From contig JAOZGC010000002.1 in assembly GCA_027491915.1 (NCBI GenBank), forward strand, positions 320,001 to 384,000: DNA of 64,000 nt, read 5' to 3'. The notes under the pieces were generated by a model. It worked only from the letters and a program-made list of their open reading frames with translations, had not been told where the DNA came from and searched no databases. The stretch comes from Thermoproteota archaeon. GTDB lineage: Archaea; Korarchaeota; Korarchaeia; Korarchaeales; Korarchaeaceae. A program made the translations under genes and the position numbers. Every line of letters begins with the position of its first letter. Position 1 is the first letter of the stretch. Below, piece by piece: positions 18,304-27,361 of the stretch.

Positions 18304-18851
18304 CGAAGAGGGGCGCCGCCGCGGCCCTCGCCCTCCTCCTGCCGACCTCCGCCCCGGCGGGGGCGGCGGCCCAGCCCACCCCGCAGTCTCTATCTCTCGT
18401 CGCGCCCTCGGAGGTCGACCTGGAGATGAACTCCGACCTCGCCCCCCAGTTCGCGTCGGTCCTGTCCCACCCTCAGCCGGGGATGGACCAGGTCATACTC
18501 GGCGGCCCGGCCGTGAACCCCGGTCCCCAGTGGGAGGGGGCCGGCCTGGTCTCCTTCTACTCCAGGGGAGGGTACTACGTCGGGCTGACCTTCAGGTTCA
18601 CCACCTACTTCGTCGTCTTCGGGGACTCGGACTACGCGGCCGTGTTCGCCGTCAGGATGCCGGACGGCTCCGTCAGGGTCTACGTGGGTGGGATATCCAG
18701 GTTCGGCACCAGGGCCGGCCTCGTCTGGCTCCTGTCAGGCTCCAACCTCCGGCGGGTCCTGTCGGGGGGGACATACATAGTTCACTGGTTTGACTCTGAC
18801 GCCGACGACGAGGTGGACCTCGGGGAGATCTCGCTGGTCGCGTCGGGCTGA
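18300..18851 (+). CDS. Secreted protein with S-layer-like 'GGP..N' domain
   Basis: Signal peptide MTKRGAAAALALLL..AAAQP; ILGGPAVNP and GGISRFGTRA motifs; ATG overlaps the upstream stop (ATGA). Confidence 0.6.
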   Translation: MTKRGAAAALALLLPTSAPAGAAAQPTPQSLSLVAPSEVDLEMNSDLAPQFASVLSHPQPGMDQVILGGPAVNPGPQWEGAGLVSFYSRGGYYVGLTFRFTTYFVVFGDSDYAAVFAVRMPDGSVRVYVGGISRFGTRAGLVWLLSGSNLRRVLSGGTYIVHWFDSDADDEVDLGEISLVASG

Positions 18852-18889
18852 TTTTTATCGTCCCCGGGAACGCCTCCCCGGGGATCTCT

Positions 18890-20176
18890 CTGTCATACCT
18901 GGACTTCGTCGACAGGAACTACGTCCCGGGAGGGGACGATCTGGTTGCCCTGTTCTACGTAGAGCCGGCTGAGGGTATAAGCCTAGAGGAGGCCGCCGGG
19001 AGGGTGGCCAGCGAGAGCTCCAACGGGACCTGGACCGAGGTCGTCACCATGAGCGACAGGATTAGGGCGCTGAGCGCCAGGGCCTATCGGTTCGAGGGCG
19101 GGTGGGTGAGGGTGGCCTACCCGAGGGACCTCTTCGAGCCGGGGAGCCTGCCGCAGGTGTGGAGCTCCATAGCCGGGAACGTGTTCGGCATGAAGGCCCT
19201 CAGGGGGCTCAGGCTGGAGGACGTCTACTGGCCCAGGTGGCTGGTGGACAGCTTCCCCGGCCCGGGGCGCGGGATCTCCGGTCTGAGGGAGATCATGAAG
19301 GTCGAGGGGAGGCCCCTCCTCGCCACGGTGCCGAAGCCGAAGGTCGGCATGACCACGGAGGAGCACGTCAGGGCCGCCGTGGAGGTCTGGTCCGGGGGGG
19401 TTGACCTCCTGAAGGACGACGAGAACCTGACGGATCAACCATTCAACAGGTTCGAGGAGAGGGTCAGGGAGACCCTGAGGGCACGCGACGCTGTCGAGGC
19501 GGAGACCGGCGAGAGGAAGTCCTACCTGGTGAACATCACAGCCCCCTACAGGGAGATGGAGAGGAGGGCCAGGTTGGTCTCTGACCTGGGCGGGGAGTTC
19601 GTCATGGTGGACATACTGACCTCGGGGTGGTCGGCGCTCCAGTCCATAAGAGAGCTCTGCGCGGATCTGGGACTGGCTATACACGCCCACAGGGCCTTCC
19701 ACGCGGCCTTCACCAGGAACCCGAGGCACGGGGTGTCCATGAAGGTCGTAGCCGAGTCGGCCAGGCTGGCCGGGGTCGACACCCTGCACGTTGGGACGGT
19801 GGTCGGGAAGCTGGTGTCCCCCGTCGAGGAGGTCAGGGCGCTGGCGAGGATCCTCAGGGACCCCAAGTCGGACGAGGATCCGGATCTAAGACTGCTGAGG
19901 AAGGACTGGGGCTCCCTGAAGCCGGCCCTCCCGGTCAGCTCCGGGGGGCTTCACCCGGGGCTGATGCCGGACGTTATAAGGATACTCGGCCGCGACATAA
20001 TGATACAGGCAGGCGGCGGGGTCATGGGGCACCCGGACGGGCCCAGGGCCGGGGCGGCCGCGGTCAGGAGGGCCGTCGAGGCTGTCGTCGCCGGGGAAAC
20101 CTTGGAGGACGCGGCCAGGGACAGCCCGGAGCTGAGGAGGGCCCTGGAGCACTGGGGCAGGCTCAGGCCGGTCTGA
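18890..20176 (+). CDS. rbcL: Ribulose-1,5-bisphosphate carboxylase, form III
   Basis: ASESSNGTW, KPKVG, KDDE catalytic motif, HRAFH, VGKL loop 6, SGGLHPG, QAGGG; conserved N-terminus YLDFVDRNYVP..DLVALFYVEP continues in frame upstream of 19004 to CTG 18890. Confidence 0.93.
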   Translation: MSYLDFVDRNYVPGGDDLVALFYVEPAEGISLEEAAGRVASESSNGTWTEVVTMSDRIRALSARAYRFEGGWVRVAYPRDLFEPGSLPQVWSSIAGNVFGMKALRGLRLEDVYWPRWLVDSFPGPGRGISGLREIMKVEGRPLLATVPKPKVGMTTEEHVRAAVEVWSGGVDLLKDDENLTDQPFNRFEERVRETLRARDAVEAETGERKSYLVNITAPYREMERRARLVSDLGGEFVMVDILTSGWSALQSIRELCADLGLAIHAHRAFHAAFTRNPRHGVSMKVVAESARLAGVDTLHVGTVVGKLVSPVEEVRALARILRDPKSDEDPDLRLLRKDWGSLKPALPVSSGGLHPGLMPDVIRILGRDIMIQAGGGVMGHPDGPRAGAAAVRRAVEAVVAGETLEDAARDSPELRRALEHWGRLRPV

Positions 20177-21194
20177 TCCCGGGGCCAGCCAGGAAGAGGC
20201 CCCCGCCGGGTCCCCTCTCCCCCTTGCCGGCTCCCACATGCTTCCAGTCAGAGGTCACGGCGACCTCCTTCCCCCTCTTCCTCAGCAGGAAGTTGTACGC
20301 CGAGAGGGCCGCCGTGGCCCCCATGCCGGCCGATATTACCGCCTGCTTGTAGGGCAGATCTGTCACGTCCCCCGCGGCGAACACCCCCGGTCTGGAGGTG
20401 GCGCACAGCTTGTCGACCACCACCTCTCCCCTCTCGGTCAGGTCCACGAAGCCCCTCAGGAACTCCGTCCTGGCGGTGTAGCCCATCTCGACGAACAGAC
20501 CGTCGGTCTCTATCTCCCTCCTCCCCCCGGGGCCCTCAACCACGACGGATCCTATCCTCTCTCCCCCCCTTATCTCCAGGACCTTGGAGTTCGGGAGGAC
20601 CTCGACGTTAGGCCTCCCGGCCAGGGACCTGTAGACCTCCGGGTCGCCGCCGGGCGTCCTCCCCGGGAACACCCAGATCACGGAGGCCGCCACGTCCGCC
20701 AGCAGCCCCGCCGCCTCGACCGCGTGCTCCCCGACCCCGACCAGGATGGTCCTCTTCCCCCTGTACAGGGGCCCGTCGCATATCGTGCAGTAGGAGACCC
20801 CTTTACCCTTGAACTCCTCCTCTCCGGGGACTCCCAACTCCCTCGGGGTCTTGCCGAACGCCAGCACCAGGACCTCGGCCGAGAACTCCCTTCCGGAGGC
20901 GGTCCTCACCTCGAAGGATCCACCCTCCCCCTCCCCCACGTCGACCACCTGGTCGTAGAGTATGGAGGCCCCGAACTCCCTGGCCTGGGACTCGACCCTC
21001 CTTATCAGGCTCATGCCGTCCGTCGATGGGATTCCAGGGTAGTTCTCTATCTCGGTGGCCAGCAGGAGCTGGCCGCCCAGGTCCATGCCTATCACCAGGG
21101 TGTCGACCCCCTGCCTCGCCAGGTAGATGGCGGCCGAGAGGCCGGCTATGCCGGCGCCTATGACTATGGCCTCCCTCTCCTCCAAGGCGATCAC
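20163..21194 (-). CDS. trxB: Thioredoxin reductase
   Basis: IGAGIAGL, GGQL..IENYPG, GKGVSYCTICDG, FAAGD. Confidence 0.92.
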   Translation of the reverse strand: MIALEEREAIVIGAGIAGLSAAIYLARQGVDTLVIGMDLGGQLLLATEIENYPGIPSTDGMSLIRRVESQAREFGASILYDQVVDVGEGEGGSFEVRTASGREFSAEVLVLAFGKTPRELGVPGEEEFKGKGVSYCTICDGPLYRGKRTILVGVGEHAVEAAGLLADVAASVIWVFPGRTPGGDPEVYRSLAGRPNVEVLPNSKVLEIRGGERIGSVVVEGPGGRREIETDGLFVEMGYTARTEFLRGFVDLTERGEVVVDKLCATSRPGVFAAGDVTDLPYKQAVISAGMGATAALSAYNFLLRKRGKEVAVTSDWKHVGAGKGERGPGGGLFLAGPGIRPA

Positions 21195-21224
21195 CGGGGG
21201 CCCCGCCGATCCCCCCCTATAATC

Positions 21225-22103
21225 TCAACCCCTGACGCGCCTCCTGAGCCAGGGCCTCTCGTCCGACTTCTCGAACCCGGCCGCCTGGAAGGCGAAGTCG
21301 AACCTCTCCCAGTGCTGGGAGGAAACGGACTCGAAACCAGCCTCGCTGGCCAGTCTGAGGGCTATCTCCAGGGCGTCGAACACCTGGCCCGGGCTGGCCT
21401 CGGGCTCCCCCCACAGGACGAGGTTGGCCTGGGATCTCCTCCTCCTGTAGAGTAGGACGGCGAAGTTCCAGGATCCCACCCTTATGGCGAAGGCCTTGGG
21501 GGGATCCAGCCCGAGTTCGGCCGACTCTGGCCCCCACAGGAGCCTCCAGCTCAGCCTACCCGGCCTGAAGTCGCCGGATATCAGGGCCAGCCTGCTCGGA
21601 TAGTCCGAGGGCCCCATCCTCACGAGGCCGGCCAGCTCCGGGGCGGGCCTCGCCGGGGCGACGGACAGCAGGTGCCTGTCCAGCAGCATGAACCCCCTCC
21701 TCTCGAAGTACCCCTCGGCGCCGGGGATGGGTACCGTGTCTACAGACCTGAACCCCCAGGACTCGGCCTCCTCCTCACACCTCTCCACCAGGGACCTCCC
21801 TATCCCCATCCCCCTCGCCCTCGGGTGAACCCACAGCGACGCCAGGAAGGCGTGGGGACCCACCAGGGAGGGCCCCTCGTCCGGGATCACCTCGGCCTCC
21901 CCCAGGATCCTCCCCCCCTCCTCAGCCACGAAGGCGACCCCGCCCACCTCCCTCAGCGCCCTGAGGTACGCAGAGAACGCCGCCGGATCCCCCCACCACC
22001 CGAACCTCTCAATCCTGGCCTCCCTGCTGGCAGGCCCGGACCCGGCCACGTAGACCTCCACCACGCCGGGGGCGTCCTCCTCCCCGGCCTCCCGCACCCT
22101 CAT
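21225..22103 (-). CDS. GNAT family N-acetyltransferase
   Basis: MRVREA, LWVHPRARGMGIG acetyl-CoA motif, YFERRGF; start ATG 22103. Confidence 0.82.
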   Translation of the reverse strand: MRVREAGEEDAPGVVEVYVAGSGPASREARIERFGWWGDPAAFSAYLRALREVGGVAFVAEEGGRILGEAEVIPDEGPSLVGPHAFLASLWVHPRARGMGIGRSLVERCEEEAESWGFRSVDTVPIPGAEGYFERRGFMLLDRHLLSVAPARPAPELAGLVRMGPSDYPSRLALISGDFRPGRLSWRLLWGPESAELGLDPPKAFAIRVGSWNFAVLLYRRRRSQANLVLWGEPEASPGQVFDALEIALRLASEAGFESVSSQHWERFDFAFQAAGFEKSDERPWLRRRVRG

Positions 22104-22154
22104 CGGGCGCCGCCTCGGGGGGAAATACAATAAATTTCCCGTGGCTCCCCCTAT

Positions 22155-23063
22155 ATGCCAGGATCGACTCCCGGACCCGGACCCGGGAGGGTCACCATGA
22201 TCCCCCTGAGGCTCCCCCTGGTGTCGCCCGGGGACGACCTGGTCTCCCTCCTCCTCTCCTCCCTGGCCGAGGCGGGGGAAGACCTGGAGGACGGTGACAT
22301 ACTGGTGGTGACCTCGAAGGTCGTCTCCAAGGCCAAGGGATACGTCACCAGGCTCAAGGACGTGAGGCCGGGTCTGAGGTCCAGGATAGCCTCCCTGCTC
22401 ATAGGGAGGGACGCCCGGGAGATAGAGCTGGTCAGGAGGAACTCCGCCAGGATACTCTTCTACGCCAGGATAGACAAGTTTGCGGGACAGCCCTTCCTGG
22501 CGGAGAGGTCGGTCGACCCTAGGGCCGCGGCGGAGATGTTCAGGGCGGCCAGGTCCCTGATCGCGGCGGAGCATCCGAGCCTGGGGATCCTCTCGGACGC
22601 CGGCGCCGACTGGTCCAACTGCCCGGACGACCTGATATGCCTCCTCCCCCCGGATCCAGACGCGGAGGCCGAGGAGATCAGGGAGAGAATAGGGAGGGAG
22701 ACCGGCAGGTCGGTGGGGGTCGTCCTGACCGACACGGAGTGGAAGTTCATGGGGAGGGGGCACGTGGACGTGGCGGTCGGGGTGAGCGGGGTTCCGGCCG
22801 TCTCCTCCGGGTTCGCCGCCCCGGACCTGTACGGGAGGCCGAAGTTCGGCGGAATGGAGGCGTGGGGAGACGAGCTCGCCTCCGCGGCCGCCCTCCTCAT
22901 GGGCCAGGCCGGGGAGGGGGTTGCCGCCGTTCTGATCAGGGGGCTGAGGCTGGAGGGGCCAGCCGTCGGGGCCCGGGAGGCCTACCTCTCCAGGGAGATC
23001 AGGCGGAGACTCCTATCGGTCGCCGCCAGGAGGTTCATCCTCCTGAGGATCTTGGGGCTATGA
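22155..23063 (+). CDS. cofE: Coenzyme F420-0:L-glutamate ligase-like protein
   Basis: GDDL, DILVVTSKVVSKAKG, AGADWSN, LLPPDPD, DLYGR, DELASAA.LLMGQ. Confidence 0.8.
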   Translation: MPGSTPGPGPGRVTMIPLRLPLVSPGDDLVSLLLSSLAEAGEDLEDGDILVVTSKVVSKAKGYVTRLKDVRPGLRSRIASLLIGRDAREIELVRRNSARILFYARIDKFAGQPFLAERSVDPRAAAEMFRAARSLIAAEHPSLGILSDAGADWSNCPDDLICLLPPDPDAEAEEIRERIGRETGRSVGVVLTDTEWKFMGRGHVDVAVGVSGVPAVSSGFAAPDLYGRPKFGGMEAWGDELASAAALLMGQAGEGVAAVLIRGLRLEGPAVGAREAYLSREIRRRLLSVAARRFILLRILGL

Positions 23064-23071
23064 CCCGTCCC

Positions 23072-24478
23072 TCATAGGGACGTCCTCTCCACCTCGGTCG
23101 CCAGGGTTCTCAGGACGTTGTTGTCCCTCTCCTCCAGGGCCTCCGGGAAGTTGAGTATCAGGACGAAGTCCCCGTGGGCCGCCGCGTCGTCCACCACGGT
23201 CCTGATGAGCGTGTAGGCATTCCTTATCCCCACGAGCATTATCAGGTCCGGCGCGCTGTCCATCACGATGAGCATCCTGGGACCCAGGTGGGCCTTCCTC
23301 AGCCTGTCTATCAGGTTCAGGATGGACTCGGTGTCCGGGTTGAGCTCGAACTCCCTCTCGCTCTCCCCAACCAGCCTCGGGTATGGGATGTGCTTGGTGG
23401 ACAGATAACCGACGAAGAGGTTCGGCAGTTCCAGGGCCGCGGGGGGGAGCCTGGAGCCGGGCCTCGACAGCAGGAGTATTAGGTCGGCCGGGTGGGACCT
23501 GAGCAGGGACAGCACGAATTCCTCGTAGCCCGACACCGGGAGCTCCAGCAGGGTGGCCCTCCCCTCTATCCCCGGCGGCCCGCGGCTCGGGGCCTCCTCC
23601 GCCGGGAAGATCTTGGGGGAGTATCTGGGCGACGCCCACCTCCTGGTCGCCAGCACCCCCATGGCCCTGCCCACCACCGTGAGGATCACTCCGGGGAGGA
23701 TGAAGAGATCCCTGCAGCAGGGCGTCAGGTGTCCCACCCCCATCTGGACGTAGCCCGCCGCTATCAGCATCGTCATGGCCGAGATAGCCGTCCAGTTGTC
23801 CCCGGTGAACATGGGGGTCTTCCCCCTGACCGAGATCGACCATCCCATGGTCGGGAGGGTTACCACCGCCGAGGCCAAGAAGCCGGCCGCCCAGATCCTG
23901 TCACCAGCGCCGGGAGGCCCCGCCGATCCGCCGGATCCGCCTAGGACCAGTCCCACGATCGAGACCGCCGCGGCCAGGGCCACGGCGACGAAGCCGGCCC
24001 CCATGGGATCCAGGGGCCAATCCACCCTCTGTATCTTCCCAGCGAACCTCCTCCCCATGTCCCCCACGACGGCTATCATGAAGATGGTGAGGTTGAGGTA
24101 GCTGAGGACGAGCGTCGCGGCCGCGGCGGCCGAGACCCACTCAGGCACGGAGTATAGGGCGGAGGCGGCATAGACCCCCAGGGCGATCGCCCTCCCCAGG
24201 GATCCGTAGGTGACCCTCTCATACTTCAGGTATCTCCTCAGCCTGAGGAGCTGCCTCCTCCTGAGGACGGCCGCCACCGAGGTGTATATCCCCCCGGCGG
24301 CCAGAAGCCCAACGCTGGCGGCGAGGATCGGATCCGGGGACTCCAGGGGGGGCCAGGTCCAGGGACCGGCGACCAGCACCGCCGCCAGGAGGGCGGCGGT
24401 CGCGCCCTCGGATACCAGGGTCCAGACCCTGACCGCTAGCCCCGCGCCCTCCGCCCTCCCTCCCTCGGCCATCCACAC
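23072..24478 (-). CDS. Multi-TM membrane protein with C-terminal DUF835-like (inactive RecA/KaiC) domain
   Basis: About 8 TM helices; C-terminal LIVMDS..DLIMLVG...AY..IR, PEALEER...L pattern. Confidence 0.6.
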   Translation of the reverse strand: MWMAEGGRAEGAGLAVRVWTLVSEGATAALLAAVLVAGPWTWPPLESPDPILAASVGLLAAGGIYTSVAAVLRRRQLLRLRRYLKYERVTYGSLGRAIALGVYAASALYSVPEWVSAAAAATLVLSYLNLTIFMIAVVGDMGRRFAGKIQRVDWPLDPMGAGFVAVALAAAVSIVGLVLGGSGGSAGPPGAGDRIWAAGFLASAVVTLPTMGWSISVRGKTPMFTGDNWTAISAMTMLIAAGYVQMGVGHLTPCCRDLFILPGVILTVVGRAMGVLATRRWASPRYSPKIFPAEEAPSRGPPGIEGRATLLELPVSGYEEFVLSLLRSHPADLILLLSRPGSRLPPAALELPNLFVGYLSTKHIPYPRLVGESEREFELNPDTESILNLIDRLRKAHLGPRMLIVMDSAPDLIMLVGIRNAYTLIRTVVDDAAAHGDFVLILNFPEALEERDNNVLRTLATEVERTSL

Positions 24479-24510
24479 ACGCCTGCCTCATATATTAATA
24501 AGCGCTCTGT

Positions 24511-25398
24511 TTGACCGAGGTGCCGCGCCGGGTCGATCCCAGGATGGCCCTCCTCGCCGGGGTCTCGGCCGTCTCTTCGGCGAGCGTGCTGATCAGGCTG
24601 AGTTCCGCCGGACCCCTGGCGATCGCCGCCTGGAGGATGCTGCTATCCGGTGCGATGATGGCCGCCGCATCCTTCAGATCCGTCGGGGCGATCTTGGGCC
24701 TCTCCGGGAGGGAGAGGCTGATCCTACTCATCTCTGGCGTCTCGCTGGCCGCCCACTTCTCCGCCTGGGTTACCTCCCTCTTCCTGACGACCGTGGCCGC
24801 CAGCGTCGTCCTGGTGGACTCCTCCCCGGTGTTCTCGGCCCTCATATCGTGGGCCCTCCTGGGGGAGAGACCCTCCCGGAGGGACTGGGTCGGGGTGTGC
24901 CTGGCGCTGATGGGCGCCGCGGCCATGGGGTGGGGTGAGTCCCCCGGGAACCTGGTCGGGGACCTGCTCGCCCTGGCGGGGGCGATCTTCCTGGCCTCCT
25001 ACCTGGTGGCCGGGCGTAGGCTCAGGCCCGTCCTGCCGACCGGGGCCTACTCGGCGGCCGTGTACTCGATCTCGGGGGTCCTCATGACCCCGCTCGCGGC
25101 GGCCGCGGGACAGCCGATGCTGGGCCTGCCCCCCAGGGACTACGTGATATTCCTGGCCCTGGCGGCCGGCCCCTCCTGCCTCGGGCACACCAGCTACAAC
25201 TACGCCCTCAGGTACCTGCCGGCCCACGCCGTTGGTGTCGCCATCCTGGGAGAGCCCATAGGGGCGTCGCTGCTGGCCTGGGCCGTCTTGGGCGAGGTTC
25301 CCCCAGCGGGGGTCCTTCTGGGATCTCCCCTGATAGCCGCGGGCGTCCTGACGGTCACCCTCGATCGCTTCCCTCCCCCAGGCCGTAGGCCTTCCTGA
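24511..25398 (+). CDS. DMT/EamA family transporter
   Basis: 10 TM; AHFSAW.TSL, GDLLAL.GA, GHTSYNYAL, LGEPIGA. Confidence 0.9.
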   Translation: MTEVPRRVDPRMALLAGVSAVSSASVLIRLSSAGPLAIAAWRMLLSGAMMAAASFRSVGAILGLSGRERLILLISGVSLAAHFSAWVTSLFLTTVAASVVLVDSSPVFSALISWALLGERPSRRDWVGVCLALMGAAAMGWGESPGNLVGDLLALAGAIFLASYLVAGRRLRPVLPTGAYSAAVYSISGVLMTPLAAAAGQPMLGLPPRDYVIFLALAAGPSCLGHTSYNYALRYLPAHAVGVAILGEPIGASLLAWAVLGEVPPAGVLLGSPLIAAGVLTVTLDRFPPPGRRPS

Positions 25399-25798
25399 CG
25401 GCCTCAACGTAGGCCTCCACGCTCCCGTACCTCTTGACGAAGGCCTCAAGCAGGTCGTAGCCGAACCTCTCCCTGAACTGCTTTCTCCCCTCCTCCGTCA
25501 TCTCGACGGGGGTCCACGGCGGGAAGGTCTCCAGCTCGGCCTCCACCTCGTACCCCAGCCCGGCGGCCTCCCTGGCCGCGCCCACTATCATGGCGGAGAT
25601 CGCGGCCGCCAGCGGGCAGCCCGGGGCGGTGAGGGTGTACCTTATCCTGAGCCTCCTCCTGCCATCCTCCCCCTCCTCCAACTTTATCTCCCTTATCAGA
25701 CCGAGGTCAACCACGTTTATCGGTATCTCCGGGTCGTAGATCTTCTTGAGGGACTCCCTGACCCTCCTCTCCACCTCATCCGACTCCAAACCGCGCAC
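25355..25798 (-). CDS. DUF59/SufT-like metal-sulfur cluster assembly factor
   Basis: DPEIPINVVDLGLI, TLTAPGCP, PPWTP. Confidence 0.9.
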   Translation of the reverse strand: MRGLESDEVERRVRESLKKIYDPEIPINVVDLGLIREIKLEEGEDGRRRLRIRYTLTAPGCPLAAAISAMIVGAAREAAGLGYEVEAELETFPPWTPVEMTEEGRKQFRERFGYDLLEAFVKRYGSVEAYVEAVRKAYGLGEGSDRG

Positions 25799-26090
25799 CT
25801 CCTTCTCCCTCCCCCCGGGGCGATTTATCCCTTTCCCCCGGGGGGGAGAGGAACAGGCCGCAGTGGCACGACCCGGTGGCCCTTATCTCCTCGTGCCTCT
25901 GGGGGCACGGGCAGATCCTGGCCCCGTCCCTGCCGGGGAGGTCGCACGGGCAGTAGGGCGCGCCGTACTCCTCGATGTTCCTGGCCAGGATCTCCACTAT
26001 CGAGGCCAGCTCCTCGCGATCCCGGTTGAGCTCGTAGCCGTCACCCCTGGCCACGACCTCCAGCCACCTCAGGACCTCCTCCCTGTTCAA
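25776..26090 (-). CDS. Ferredoxin:thioredoxin reductase catalytic subunit-like protein
   Basis: YCPC...ICPC...GSCHCGLF motif. Confidence 0.88.
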   Translation of the reverse strand: MNREEVLRWLEVVARGDGYELNRDREELASIVEILARNIEEYGAPYCPCDLPGRDGARICPCPQRHEEIRATGSCHCGLFLSPPGERDKSPRGEGEGGARFGVG

Positions 26091-26325
26091 CGAGCTCCCT
26101 CAGCCTACCCTCGTCCAGCCCCACTATAACCTCATCGCCGGCCACGACCACGGGGAAGGCGGCCGCCCCGGCGACCCTCTCAACGTAGTCCAGGGCCGCC
26201 AGGGCCTCTTCCCTGGGGGCCTTGTCGACGTCCAGCCACTCGTACTCGATCCCCAGATCGTTCAAGACCCCCCTGAGCCTCCTGCACACCGGACACGTGC
26301 TGACGGCGTAGACCCTAACCTTCAT
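26041..26325 (-). CDS. Glutaredoxin-like protein
   Basis: STCPVC active site, FPVVV, IVG. Confidence 0.85.
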   Translation of the reverse strand: MKVRVYAVSTCPVCRRLRGVLNDLGIEYEWLDVDKAPREEALAALDYVERVAGAAAFPVVVAGDEVIVGLDEGRLRELVEQGGGPEVAGGRGQG

Positions 26326-26343
26326 TTCTATCGTTATTGCCGG

Positions 26344-27330
26344 TCACAGCTCACTGATATGAGTTACTGTTGAAACGACCTCGCCGGTCCCGCAGCCCGG
26401 ACACGAGACCAGCGCGCCCCCGTCGTCGTAGACGTAGACCCTCGCCCTCCCCTTGGAGAGCAGGGCGTACCTGCCCTCCTCTCCCCCCACCTCCTCCCAC
26501 CCGTCCCGGACGAGATCTCCGACCCCGACCTCCAGGAAGAGGTACGCCCTGTCTCCCCTGACGAACGCCCTCTCCGGCCCAGCGCCCAGCCTCTCGAACT
26601 CCCCCCTCCCGCAGACTGGGCAGTTCGGATTCCTCGCTATGGATATCTCGTCGAACTCCATGCCGGAGAGGTCGAAGGAGATCAACCTCCCCCTCGAGGT
26701 CGAGCCGATACCGGTCAGGTGCTTGATCGCCTCGGCGGCTGACAGCGTCCCGGCGACCCCGGGGGTCGGCCCCAGGACCGGGGGGCCCGACTCCTCCGGC
26801 GGAGGTTCTGGGAAGATGCACCTCAGGCAGGGCGTCTCACCCGGGATCACGAAGGTGTAGAGCCCGTAGGTCCCTCTCACGGCGGAGAAGGTGTGGGGCA
26901 GGCCGAGCCTCACGCACGCCTCCCCCAGGACGTACCTGGCCTGGAAGTTGTCCGTGGCGTCCACCACCAGGTCTGCCCCGGAGAGGACCCTCAGGGCGTT
27001 CCACCCGACCAGGGGCTCGTGGACCACCTCCAACTCTATCTCCCCGTTCAAACCGGACAGCCTGTCCGCGGCGGCCAGGGCCTTGGGCCTCCCGAGGTCG
27101 CCCTCCCCGTACAGTATCTGCCTGTTCAGGTTTCCCTCCTCCACGACGTCCCAGTCTATCAACCTCAGGTTCGCCCCCGCGGCTGCCAGGTAGATCGAGG
27201 CGGCGGATCCGGTTCCCCCGAGACCGACCACGGCCACCAGGGATCCGGAGAGCCTCGACTGCCCCTCCTCACCTATGACGGGGACCTGCCTCTCGTACCT
27301 GGCGTCGGCCATCCGGCCAAAACCAGCCAA
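26344..27330 (-). CDS. ThiF/MoeB/UbaA family E1-like adenylyltransferase
   Basis: RYERQ, VGLGGTGS, NLNRQ, DATDN, CLRC and CPVC Zn motifs. Confidence 0.9.
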   Translation of the reverse strand: MAGFGRMADARYERQVPVIGEEGQSRLSGSLVAVVGLGGTGSAASIYLAAAGANLRLIDWDVVEEGNLNRQILYGEGDLGRPKALAAADRLSGLNGEIELEVVHEPLVGWNALRVLSGADLVVDATDNFQARYVLGEACVRLGLPHTFSAVRGTYGLYTFVIPGETPCLRCIFPEPPPEESGPPVLGPTPGVAGTLSAAEAIKHLTGIGSTSRGRLISFDLSGMEFDEISIARNPNCPVCGRGEFERLGAGPERAFVRGDRAYLFLEVGVGDLVRDGWEEVGGEEGRYALLSKGRARVYVYDDGGALVSCPGCGTGEVVSTVTHISEL

Positions 27331-27361
27331 CCGTTAATTATACCTCCGGTTCCGGGCCGCG

